64,000 nucleotides of DNA from the NCBI GenBank assembly GCA_031364845.1, contig JANLWX010000007.1:64001-128000 (forward strand), written 5' to 3'. The translations under genes were made by a program, and so were the position numbers. This document shows positions 50,601 through 58,397 of this stretch, one piece after another. Under the pieces are notes generated by a model. The model was not told the DNA's origin. It was given only the letters and a program-made list of their open reading frames with translations, and did no database searches. The stretch is from Candidatus Eiseniibacteriota bacterium (GTDB taxonomy: Bacteria > Eisenbacteria > RBG-16-71-46). Position 1 is the first letter of the stretch, and each line of letters opens with the position of its first letter.

Positions 50601-50747
50601 CAGCTCGAGAAGAAGATGATCGCCCAGGCACTCGAGCGCCATCATTGGAACAAGGCGCGTACCGCGCGGGAGCTGGGCCTCAGCTACCCGACGCTGCTCA
50701 CCAAGATTCGGAGCTTCAAGATCGAGCGTCGCCCGGCCCACTCGTGA
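47664..50747 (+). CDS. TPR-GAF-AAA+-HTH sigma54 enhancer-binding protein
   Basis: ~520 aa of TPR repeats (ALNNLGLVY, NLGLIRYRLGQWDLAEENFRQSL), GAF domain, GETGTGK, GAFTGA, FLDEI, WRGNVREL, Fis HTH; no TM segment or REC domain. Confidence 0.93.
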   Translation: MQRAIPPDLAQARRSERSGAPQHEAIGDLHLAADNFVGAAEEYVAALREVGASEPAERCRLLERLAEANRRRGDFDGAMTALIEARATARLLMDSRWNARIAARFSHVLADRGLHRRSRRYAHYCYRVLRDTDEHRIVGQVSVTLGLCSARLGQSQEAIDWLQSAAATFRRIDDVEGLVTALNNLGLVYKNLREWREATRFIEQALRLDERAGLYARMRGHNQNLGLIRYRLGQWDLAEENFRQSLKISRDIGHAQGESVALLALGMLCRRRRQFERADEHFQRALTLSTRAGARREQILSREFLGELALDRGDAISAERHIAPALEEAIALAPQGDLVAELETRLGLTFTALGRIDEAQSHLLRGMMVAEHIGDRVEHAVAERGLARLDAIRGNPAALEAKIRSAAQVFEGLGETYELAVTLSMWGEALLDLPKSTRLRVPLEAVGDAAKRSAALFRELGVIALAAEALITLARLESERDHYDQALSLLEKAEQWLADAGSAETEERAKALRRELEQQYVAVSLSTCNEFRALEEANRLFRETSDMDGLLAGTVRLAVESAGGDRGFVAFSHGGGRLEVVAQYGLGRDRARRILRVIEGVGGSRIAENGPVFSSRVTADPRFGAALTDALENVGSLVCVPLNFPSQSVGMVYVDRLNDNLLGPFRQRELNLLAVLANSAAVAIVEAQRSLLLAENKQLRDKLKPMPGVERVVTDSREMTSILKLIAKVGDSSATILFMGETGTGKGLLAQVVHEVSNRRDKAFVMVNCAALPEQLLESELFGYVQGAFTGAVRDKVGLFEEASGGTIFLDEIEKVPETVQAKLLHVLDSGEIRPVGATRSRKVDARVICATGCDLRERIKDGRFLEDLYYRLNDISIRVPSLRERREDVPVLAQHFLGYYSKQMEKRITGFAPGVMKAFLDYEWRGNVRELEKTVKRLVVLADDGDTLDTTLLPSDMLETMPAAGERAPGMSLRSNVSQLEKKMIAQALERHHWNKARTARELGLSYPTLLTKIRSFKIERRPAHS

Positions 50748-51084
50748 GCGAGTGACGTCTTCGAGTTCTGCCTTAGAGGGGTCCATTCGTTCCTCGACCC
50801 CCGGCGATTGAAGACCCTTAAAGACGGCTGACCTCGCGAACCCGAGACCGCCCGTCTCTCCATCCTCGAAACACACAAGTTCTTTCCCTCACCACCATAA
50901 AAACAATTGCTACCCAAGTCCCTTATTCGGCGCGGACTTAGATTCTGCCCTCGAAATCACGCAGAAGTCTTGTGTCACCCGAAACACCCGGGGCAAACTC
51001 AGGACTAAGAATGGCGAAGCGAATCGAACTCGATTCGATTGTGCGACATGGTGTTACGGGATTGTCTTGTCGCCGTCAGATCGC

Positions 51085-51100
51085 TGGCATGCAGGGTGCT
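51085..51100 (+). promoter_or_regulatory. sigma54 (-24/-12) promoter
   Basis: TGGCATGCAGGGTGCT (GG-N10-GC), preceded by an AT-richer region with inverted repeats (AAGTCC-N13-GGACTT at 50916-50940). Confidence 0.7.
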
Positions 51101-51109
51101 TTAGTAATC

Positions 51110-51536
51110 AGGCGGAGGGGGGGGACCTCCAAACCAAGTTCAGCGAGCGATTGCTGGACGAACAAGACATCTGGGCTAGCCGGTTCCGTAGGAGTCGGTC
51201 AAGGGTTACGAGCCCCAGTCTCACAAGGACGAATGCACCGCCCTCTACGACCGGCTAGCTTGGAGTAACACTCCGAACATCGAACACCACCCACGACTTT
51301 TCATATTCCCGGGGTGCTCCTGATACGACAGGCGGCGGGTCCGCTGACGACGAGGGCTCCTGATCCCGCTGCAAGTTGAGCGCCCCGGGGTATTCAAGGA
51401 CACCGGTTTCTAGCAACTTCGGCCAGCATTGGGGGATGCCTCGGTCGACGCGGCTTAGCTCTTCGAAGCCGGTGTCCTCGTTTCGAGAAAGTGTGGCGCG
51501 GCTCACACACACGTGAGACCGCGCCGCACTGTTTTT
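51110..51536 (+). ncRNA. Candidate ~430-nt structured non-coding RNA, family unrecognised
   Basis: Bounded by a sigma54 promoter and an intrinsic terminator. Consecutive long helices 51175-84/51250-59, 51308-19/51378-89 and 51397-410/51465-78 enclose sub-hairpins; GNRA-capped hairpin at 51138-59; no convincing ORF. Confidence 0.6.
51490..51536 (+). terminator. Rho-independent terminator
   Basis: AGTGTGGCGCGGCTCAC...GTGAGACCGCGCCGCACT followed by GTTTTT. Confidence 0.8.
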
Positions 51537-51668
51537 GCCGTCGTCGGTGTGGCGAAGACTGTGGATCCGCGATTCTCCGCCCGTCCCCGCCCCGTAACTT
51601 GTTGGCGCATAAGGATGGCCCCGTCCACTCGGAGCCCATCTACAATCTGCGCCTCACAAGGAAAGCGA

Positions 51669-51683
51669 TGGCACGGGCATTGC
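51669..51683 (+). promoter_or_regulatory. sigma54 (-24/-12) promoter of the lipoprotein operon
   Basis: TGGCACG-GGCA-TTGC, an exact consensus match 64 nt upstream of ATG 51748; IHF-like TAACTTGTTG at 51595-51604. Confidence 0.8.
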
Positions 51684-51747
51684 CGTTGCTGTTCCGTTCG
51701 CGACTCGTAACCCCAAGGATCGCCTCGCTTACGGAAAGGACAGGCCC

Positions 51748-52572
51748 ATGAGATCCGCCCTGGTCATGACGTCGATGCTCGCCCTGGCAGGCTTGGTCGC
51801 CGGGTGCAACGACTCCACCGCACCCCGAGATCTCATCGCACCCGCGGCTCCGCGCGGCCTGGTGACGGTGACCGGGGACCACGTCGTGTACGTGAGCTGG
51901 CTCGCCAACACCGAAGGCGATGTGGCCGGCTACCGGATCTACGAGGCGCCGTGCCCTGACGGCGACGGGTGCCCCTACGATCCGGTCGGCGTCACCTCGA
52001 GCACCCGATTCACGATCGAGGGGCTCACCAACGGCGAGACGCGCTTCTTCGCCGTCGCCGCATTCGATCATGCGGGCAACGAGAGCGCCCTATCCAAGGA
52101 TCTCGCCTTCGACACGCCGCGACCTGAAGGATTCGACCAGTTCCTCAGTGACGCGACCGACCAGCCCGCGACGAGCGGCTGGGACTTCTCGGCCCGGGCG
52201 GTGCGCGCGTTCGATGATCCGGCGGTCGACGTTTACTATGTACGCTCGAGCGGGGTGGATCGGATCGTCGCGCCGTTCGTGGACACCGACATCCAGGACG
52301 CGGGTTACGCGACCACACTCGATGCCATCGACTTTGCGCCGACCGGCGGCTGGTCGCCGACCGGCGCCACGGAACTCGTGGTCGGGCACTGTTACATCGT
52401 GCGGACGTTCGACGATCACTACGCCAAGCTGAGGGTCACGGGCCTCGCGGCGGGCCGCGCGCAGTTCGATTGGGCCTATCAAATCGATCCGGGCAACCGC
52501 GAGCTCAAGGCGCGGCCCGCCAATCGCGAAGGGGGCCGGGTCCGCCGGCACACCGTGGCGCTGGTGCCATGA
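51748..52572 (+). CDS. Lipoprotein with FN3-like domain and beta-rich C-terminal domain
   Basis: Lipobox LVAGC; PAAPRGL..VTGD..V.VSW..N.E.DVAGYRIY...VAAFD.AGNES (FN3-like). Confidence 0.8.
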   Translation: MRSALVMTSMLALAGLVAGCNDSTAPRDLIAPAAPRGLVTVTGDHVVYVSWLANTEGDVAGYRIYEAPCPDGDGCPYDPVGVTSSTRFTIEGLTNGETRFFAVAAFDHAGNESALSKDLAFDTPRPEGFDQFLSDATDQPATSGWDFSARAVRAFDDPAVDVYYVRSSGVDRIVAPFVDTDIQDAGYATTLDAIDFAPTGGWSPTGATELVVGHCYIVRTFDDHYAKLRVTGLAAGRAQFDWAYQIDPGNRELKARPANREGGRVRRHTVALVP

Positions 52573-52586
52573 GGGGGTAAGAACAC

Positions 52587-53096
52587 ATGGGGTGGCAGCG
52601 GGCGATAGGTTTGTTCGTGGGGCTCGCAGTGCTGTTGTCAGGCTGCGTGCAAGCCTATCGGTCGGTGCGGCCGGAACCCCGGTTGTACGCGGCAGCGCGT
52701 CCGGCACCCGGTTACTACTGCTATGATTGTCACGGCTATCGGTTTCTGGACCCGTACTACGACTGGTGCCCCCCGAACGGCTATCGGTTCCAGTGGTCCC
52801 AGTCCCCGCAGCTCATGCGGGTGTACCGGGAACGCTATGTGGCTTTGAAGCAACGCGATCGCAACCTGGGAAAGTTCCGCTACTCGGACCGCTACCGCTC
52901 CACGCGGCGCTATCGCGAGTCGCGGCCATACGAGGACGACGCGGAAGGGAAGCGCAGGCCCGGACAGGGCATCAAAGATTCTCGACGGGAGCAGGACGCC
53001 CCACGTCGGGGTAAGAGCGAACGAGCTCCGCGCGATTCGGACGATTCCCGGCCGAAGAAGTCGCGAGGCCAGAGGCCGCAAGGGACCGAATCATGA
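52587..53096 (+). CDS. Lipoprotein with CYDCH motif and charged disordered tail
   Basis: Lipobox LLSGC; YYCYDCHGYRFLDPYYDWC; ATGA overlap with the next gene. Confidence 0.7.
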   Translation: MGWQRAIGLFVGLAVLLSGCVQAYRSVRPEPRLYAAARPAPGYYCYDCHGYRFLDPYYDWCPPNGYRFQWSQSPQLMRVYRERYVALKQRDRNLGKFRYSDRYRSTRRYRESRPYEDDAEGKRRPGQGIKDSRREQDAPRRGKSERAPRDSDDSRPKKSRGQRPQGTES

Positions 53097-54490
53097 CTCG
53101 ACGCCACGCCGTTCTCACCGCATTCGCGTTGCTTCTGCTCCCGGTGCTTCCGGGTGTCGTGGCCGCGCGCGGATTTTCGGTCGATGTCTGGACGAACCGC
53201 GGCAACGACGGAGTCTATAAGCCCGGCGAAGCCATCGACATCAAAGTGCGCCCGTCCGAAGACGCCTACGTCCTTCTCTACGAGATCGATGCCGAGGGCT
53301 ACGTTCACAAGCTCTACCCATACGACCGCTCGAGCGGCATGCTCGAAGGGCGCCGCACCTACCGCCTCGGCGAGGATCAGGACGAGGCGGAACTCGTCGC
53401 ACAGGGCCCGGTCGGACAGGGCTTCATCGTGGCGATCGCCTCGCTCGACCCATTCGAGCCGCTGCCCTGGTATCTGCGTTCGGTCGATCGGCAGGCCGAG
53501 GAACTCGGCTACGACGGCGCACCCGAAGACGAACGCGAAGGCATCACGGCCGAAGGACGCATCGTCGGAGATCCGTTCGTCGTCATGGAGCGCATCCGCC
53601 GGCGCGTCGTCGCGGATCCCAACGACTCCGAGGGCTTCACGACCTCCTACACGAGCTACTACCTCCATCACGAAGTCCGCTATCCGCGCTACCTGTGCAA
53701 CGATTGCCACCGTCCCGACCGCTACACGTTCTGGGACGGATACGATCCTTACTACGCCACGTGCAGCGTGTTCGACTTCCGCGTGAATTATCACTGGAAC
53801 TGGGGACCGTCGTACTGGTTCGGCAGCGTCCCCTACTTCGTCTACGTCTATCGCGACGACTGTCCGCCGCAGTTCCGCAATCCCGGCCGTCGTTCGTGGT
53901 CGTCATGGGATGGCTGGGGCCGCTGGCAGAATCTGTGGGGCGGAGGTCTCCGGCGCTTCAAGACGCCGCCGCCGACGGGCTACGTGCCTCCGACCAAGTA
54001 CGACGGCGAGTTCCGCCGTCCGGTGTCGCGCGCCCTTCCCCCGGGCTTCATCGCCTCGACACCCAAGGAGCGACTCGGACGGCGCATCGGAGTGCCCACG
54101 GGCCGCCAAACCGGCGATTTCGGCGATCGCGATTCGAAGGATCGTGGAGATCTCGGTGGCCGGCTGCGGCGCGACCAGCCGCTGAAGCCTCGTGGCGATG
54201 GCGAAGACGTCCGCGATCGCGGGTCGGTCCGCCGTGGCGCCGAACGTCCGGTGCCTGCACGCGAAGCGCCGCGTCCGGATCTGCCGGGCGGGCGTCGCGA
54301 CCGCGACGAATCACCGGGACCGGATCGGATCGAGCGGCGTCAGTCGCCGCCGCCGCCGCCCGCGCCGAAGAGCGAACCCGAAGTTCAGCGCGCGCCGCGC
54401 AACGACCCGCCGCCCCGGACACCGGAGCCTCAGCGTTCTCCGCGCCCGCAGACGGAGCGCGAAGACAACGGATTCCGCGGACGCCGTTGA
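53093..54490 (+). CDS. Secreted DUF4384-like domain protein with CNDCH motif and Pro/Arg-rich tail
   Basis: Signal peptide; VDVWTNRG..GVY.PGE.I.I.V...DAYV.LY.ID.EG...LYP; YLCNDCH...DPYYATC. Confidence 0.78.
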   Translation: MTRRHAVLTAFALLLLPVLPGVVAARGFSVDVWTNRGNDGVYKPGEAIDIKVRPSEDAYVLLYEIDAEGYVHKLYPYDRSSGMLEGRRTYRLGEDQDEAELVAQGPVGQGFIVAIASLDPFEPLPWYLRSVDRQAEELGYDGAPEDEREGITAEGRIVGDPFVVMERIRRRVVADPNDSEGFTTSYTSYYLHHEVRYPRYLCNDCHRPDRYTFWDGYDPYYATCSVFDFRVNYHWNWGPSYWFGSVPYFVYVYRDDCPPQFRNPGRRSWSSWDGWGRWQNLWGGGLRRFKTPPPTGYVPPTKYDGEFRRPVSRALPPGFIASTPKERLGRRIGVPTGRQTGDFGDRDSKDRGDLGGRLRRDQPLKPRGDGEDVRDRGSVRRGAERPVPAREAPRPDLPGGRRDRDESPGPDRIERRQSPPPPPAPKSEPEVQRAPRNDPPPRTPEPQRSPRPQTEREDNGFRGRR

Positions 54491-54635
54491 TTCGGGAACC
54501 TATCGCACTGGGTGGCGTCCCGCCCTCGGGATCGGCGAGAATGCGCCCGTTCGAATGGACGACGACCTTCGCATTCGCGGCGTGTGAGACACCAGTCTCA
54601 CGCGCCGCGAATGCCACCTATCGGAGCTCCCCTTG

Positions 54636-55583
54636 ATGCGACGCGTTCACCGCGGCACCCGTTTCCTGCGCCGTCTTGTCTTTGCCTTCGCGCTCGCGAC
54701 CGGAGCGGGTCTCGGCACCTGGGCGCCGAATGCAACGGCGGCTCCGTCGGGGTTCGCGTTCCTCGAGATTCCGGCGGGCGCGCGTTCAGCGGCACTCGGT
54801 GGGGCGCTCGCCACGATGACGTCCGGCGCCGAGGCGATGTTCGGCAACGTCGCCTCGATCGATCCGACCCGTGGAATCCAGGTGAGCGGCGGACACAGCG
54901 AGTTGATCCAGTCACTGCGCCACGACTACTTCTCCGTGTCCGGGCACGCCTGGGGCGGCGGGCTCGGTGCCTCGATGCGCGCGCTCTATTCGGAGCCGAT
55001 CGACGAGCGCGACGAAGTCGGCAATCTGATCGGTACCTTCGGGGCGCACGATCTCGAATTTGCACTCGGCTATGGCGGACCCCTGATGCCGGACGTGCGT
55101 TTCGGCGTCTCCGCCCAAATGATCCGCGAGCGCATCGCCAACGAGGCCGTGACGACTTACGGCATCGGCCTCGGTGCCCTGTGGGAGCCCGCGGGCCCGC
55201 TCGACTTCGGCCTCACGGTTCAGAACCTCGGCCCGGCCGCGCACTACAAGATCAACGGCATCGAAGGTGAAGCGGTCGGACTCCCTGCGGCCGTGCAGGG
55301 TGGCGCGTCCTATTCCATCGCGGCGGGTGCGCGCATGTCGGCGCGCGCGGCACTCGAAGGACGCTTCACTCGCGGGCGCGGCGGCATCGGGATTCTCGGT
55401 GCTGAGATCTCCGACGTCTCGGGAGCCGCGTTGCGCTTCGGCGTCCGCGCGAACGACGACGCTTCGACCTTCAGCGCCGGCGCCGGCTACGCGCTCACCG
55501 GGCTACAGTTCGACTACGCGTGGGTTCCGTTCAAGCTCGATCTCGGCGACACGCACCGGATTTCGTTCACCGCGAAGTTCTGA
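54636..55583 (+). CDS. PorV/PorQ-family outer-membrane beta-barrel
   Basis: FLEIPAGARSAALGGA, DYAWVPF.DLGDTHRISF, C-terminal Phe. Confidence 0.82.
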   Translation: MRRVHRGTRFLRRLVFAFALATGAGLGTWAPNATAAPSGFAFLEIPAGARSAALGGALATMTSGAEAMFGNVASIDPTRGIQVSGGHSELIQSLRHDYFSVSGHAWGGGLGASMRALYSEPIDERDEVGNLIGTFGAHDLEFALGYGGPLMPDVRFGVSAQMIRERIANEAVTTYGIGLGALWEPAGPLDFGLTVQNLGPAAHYKINGIEGEAVGLPAAVQGGASYSIAAGARMSARAALEGRFTRGRGGIGILGAEISDVSGAALRFGVRANDDASTFSAGAGYALTGLQFDYAWVPFKLDLGDTHRISFTAKF

Positions 55584-55604
55584 AGTGCGCCCGGGTCGGG
55601 GCGG

Positions 55605-56360
55605 TCACTTGCGGCGCGGGTCTTCCCCCGCCATCGGCCAGGTTTCGAGGCGCAACCGGCCGTTTTCGAGCACGGCGTAGGTGAAGCGCTCGATCCAGTC
55701 GCCGAGCACCATGAAGTCCCGTCCACTTTCGTGGTGCTCGAAGGCGTGATGAAAATGGCCGATCATCACGGCATCGTAGCCTTCCGCGAACCGGGGCCGG
55801 GCGATTTCGCGAACCAGCAGGTCGCCATCGAGTTTGCGCTGATCCCGCGAATGGCGGGATTGCCGCGACACCCACCCCGCGAGCGGAATGCCCAGATCGG
55901 GGTGGATCGCGCGGTAGAGGCCGATGCAGACGGGGTTTCTCAGCACCTTTTTCAAAACCTTGTAGCCGAGGTCGCCGCCGATCAATCCATCCCCATGATG
56001 GATCCACAGCTTTCGGCCCTGGGCATCGAGCGTGAGCGGACCGTCATGGATGGTCACACCGAGTTCGTCCGCCAGGAACGTGCCGAGCCAGTGATCGTGG
56101 TTGCCGCCGAGATACGTGATCGGAATGCCGGCCGCGCGAACGCGGCCGAGCGCGCACAGGGTGTGGAAGTGGCGGCGGGGGATCGTGGTGCCGTACTCGA
56201 ACCAGAAGTCGAACAGATCGCCGACGATGGTGAGCGAGCCAGCCCGTCCCGGCAGCGAGGCGAGAAACGAATGCAGATGGGATTCACGGGCGGCCTCACG
56301 GTCTCTCGACTCCGCGCCAAGGTGTGCGTCGGAGATGAAGAACGCGGCGTCCGGGACCAT
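55605..56360 (-). CDS. lpxH: UDP-2,3-diacylglucosamine hydrolase
   Basis: FISDAHLG, GDLFDFWFEY, GNHD, HHGDG, GHFH, LGDW. Confidence 0.88.
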   Translation of the reverse strand: MVPDAAFFISDAHLGAESRDREAARESHLHSFLASLPGRAGSLTIVGDLFDFWFEYGTTIPRRHFHTLCALGRVRAAGIPITYLGGNHDHWLGTFLADELGVTIHDGPLTLDAQGRKLWIHHGDGLIGGDLGYKVLKKVLRNPVCIGLYRAIHPDLGIPLAGWVSRQSRHSRDQRKLDGDLLVREIARPRFAEGYDAVMIGHFHHAFEHHESGRDFMVLGDWIERFTYAVLENGRLRLETWPMAGEDPRRK

Positions 56361-56679
56361 GGCGGCAGTCTACGAGCACCCAACCAAACCCGCAACGCAC
56401 ACCGCGTCCGGCATGTTCGAATCCGCGCACGGGACTTGAGCGGGCAACGCGATGAGGTTGGGGAGCATCCTAGTGCGGACGGCCTGACTCACGGACGGCA
56501 GGCCATGATGCAACGGAACATCGGATGGAATCGAACGCTATCGCGGGGCGGAAATCCGCGGGGAATTTTGCGGGTTGGTGACAGACGGTCCGATCAGGTC
56601 GATAACCTGACCTAGGGAACGATCTGAGTCGTGTTATCCGGACGGCTTCCGTCCGCAGGATGGCAACTGGGAGGAGTAC

Positions 56680-58188
56680 ATGAGCAATCATCCGTTCACG
56701 TCGCAGAAGCCTCGTGGATATTTCACGGGGGCGGCCCTGCTGGTCGCCGTCGGACTCGTCATCGGCCTGGGACTGTCGGCGGGTCTCGATTTCCAGAAGA
56801 CCTCCACCGCTCAGAAGACGACAATGGTTCCGGCGGCGAGCACGATGGCCGCGGTGCCCGAAAGCCCGTTCGTGTCGGTCGTCGAGCAGGCGCTTCCCGC
56901 CGTCGTGTTCATCGATGTTCGCAAGAACGCCGCGAGCAGCCGGACCGGCGATCCGCAGGCCGATCTGTTCCGCCGCTTCTTCGGCGAAGAGGCCCCGCGC
57001 CGCCAGCAGCAGGCTCCGCCCAGCTCGGGCTCCGGCTTCATCGTCGATACGGACGGCCACATCCTCACCAACAATCACGTGGTGCGTGACGCCAGCGACA
57101 TCACGGTGACGCTCAACGACCGCCGTTCGTTCAAGGCGAAGGTCGTCGGCGCCGACCCCGAGACCGACGTCGCGGTCATCAAGATCGAAGGCGAAAACCT
57201 GCCAGTGCTGCGTCTCGGCGACTCGGGCCAGGTGCGCATCGGCGACTGGGCGATCGCGATCGGCAACCCGCTCGGCATGCTGCGCGGCTCCGTCACGGTC
57301 GGCATCATCAGTGCGCAGGGTCGCTCGGATCTCAACATCTACGGCGGGACGCCGCAGTACCAGGACTTCATCCAGACCGACGCCTCGATCAACTTCGGCA
57401 ACTCGGGCGGACCGCTGTGCAATATCCGCGGCGAGGCGATCGGCATCAACACCGCGATCAACCCGAGCGGCCAGGGCATCGGCTTCGCGATTCCGATCAA
57501 CCTCGCGAAGCACGTTTCGGATCAACTGATCGCCCACGGCACGGTGAAGCGCGCGATGCTGGGTGTGTTCCTCGCGGAACTGACACCCGAAATCGCAGAA
57601 GGCTTCGGCCTTGGACGCACCGACCAGGGCGTGATCATCCGCGACGTTCAGGATGGTTCGCCCGCCGCGCGCGCGGGGCTCAAGCGCAACGATGTGGTGG
57701 TCGAATTCGACGGGCAGCCGGTCACCGAGTTGCAGAAGTTCCGCATTCGCGTTGCCGATACCCCGGTGGGCAGGAGTGTCCCGGTCACCGTGCTGCGCGA
57801 CGGCAAGCGTGAGAAGTTGAACGTGACGCTCACGAGCAAGGAAGATGACCCGGTCGCCTCCGGCGATCCCGCAGCGCGGACCCCGGAGACCGTCTCGGAG
57901 CTGGTGGGCGGACTCAAGGTGCGCACGTTGAGCGAGGAAGAGCGCGCCGCGTCCAAGCTGACCGGCGGTGTGGCGGTCGCCGATGTCGCCGAGGGCAGTG
58001 CGGCCAGCGACGCCGGAATCCAGGCCGGTGACATCATCCAGGAAGTCGGCGGAAAGGACGTGAAGTCCGCCGCGGACTTCGCCAGACTGATCCGTGAATC
58101 GAAGAGCCAGAGGAAGCATGTCGTTCTGCTGGTCAGCAGCCCGAACGAAGCGCCGCGATTCGTGGCGCTCCGACTCGAAACACGTTGA
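56680..58188 (+). CDS. degP: Do/DegP/HtrA serine endoprotease with two PDZ domains
   Basis: SGSGFI, LTNNHVV, TDVAVIK, IQTDASINFGNSGGPL, two PDZ domains. Confidence 0.93.
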   Translation: MSNHPFTSQKPRGYFTGAALLVAVGLVIGLGLSAGLDFQKTSTAQKTTMVPAASTMAAVPESPFVSVVEQALPAVVFIDVRKNAASSRTGDPQADLFRRFFGEEAPRRQQQAPPSSGSGFIVDTDGHILTNNHVVRDASDITVTLNDRRSFKAKVVGADPETDVAVIKIEGENLPVLRLGDSGQVRIGDWAIAIGNPLGMLRGSVTVGIISAQGRSDLNIYGGTPQYQDFIQTDASINFGNSGGPLCNIRGEAIGINTAINPSGQGIGFAIPINLAKHVSDQLIAHGTVKRAMLGVFLAELTPEIAEGFGLGRTDQGVIIRDVQDGSPAARAGLKRNDVVVEFDGQPVTELQKFRIRVADTPVGRSVPVTVLRDGKREKLNVTLTSKEDDPVASGDPAARTPETVSELVGGLKVRTLSEEERAASKLTGGVAVADVAEGSAASDAGIQAGDIIQEVGGKDVKSAADFARLIRESKSQRKHVVLLVSSPNEAPRFVALRLETR

Positions 58189-58197
58189 ACCCGGATT

Positions 58198-58224
58198 TGG
58201 GAGGCGGCCGCAGGCTGCCTCCCA
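58198..58224 (+). terminator. Hairpin after degP (possible terminator)
   Basis: TGGGAGGCGGCC-GCA-GGCTGCCTCCCA; no clear U-tract. Confidence 0.45.
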
Positions 58225-58256
58225 CTCCGAGTCACAGCCGATGCCCGCGGCCAACC

Positions 58257-58332
58257 GGCAGGCTGATGAAGAACCCGAGTGCAGCGAGGAGCGACCGAGC
58301 AACGCAGCAATCGGGTTTTTCATCAGCCTGCC
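58257..58332. repeat. MITE/REP-like element, short copy (76 bp)
   Basis: Terminal IRs GGCAGGCTGATGAAGAACCCGA / TCGGGTTTTTCATCAGCCTGCC; internal GAGCAACGCAGCAATCGGG shared with the copy at 59653. Confidence 0.8.
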
Positions 58333-58397
58333 AAGGCGCGGGCACCGTGCTTAGGGTCTCCGGGTCAGTCCCGGCCGAAAAAAGAGGACGATCGATC

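Noticed and set aside
51110..51536. Identification as tmRNA, RNase P RNA, SRP RNA or 6S RNA
   Set aside because: I found no tRNA-like ends or tag frame, no GAGGAAAGUCC-type P4 motif, no SRP domain IV loop, and it is not a single ~180-nt rod. Rfam was not run.
51602..51620. TTGGCGC at 51602 as another sigma54 promoter
   Set aside because: No GC at the -12 position with N10 spacing; the site fits better as part of an IHF/enhancer-like element.
50972..51751. Short ORFs (50972..51268, 51067..51258, 51255..51512, 51491..51751) as real genes
   Set aside because: They cross the promoter or terminator elements, lack a properly spaced RBS and show no protein-like motifs; the base-pairing explains the region better. 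A tiny peptide (e.g. MHRPLRPASLE) cannot be fully excluded.
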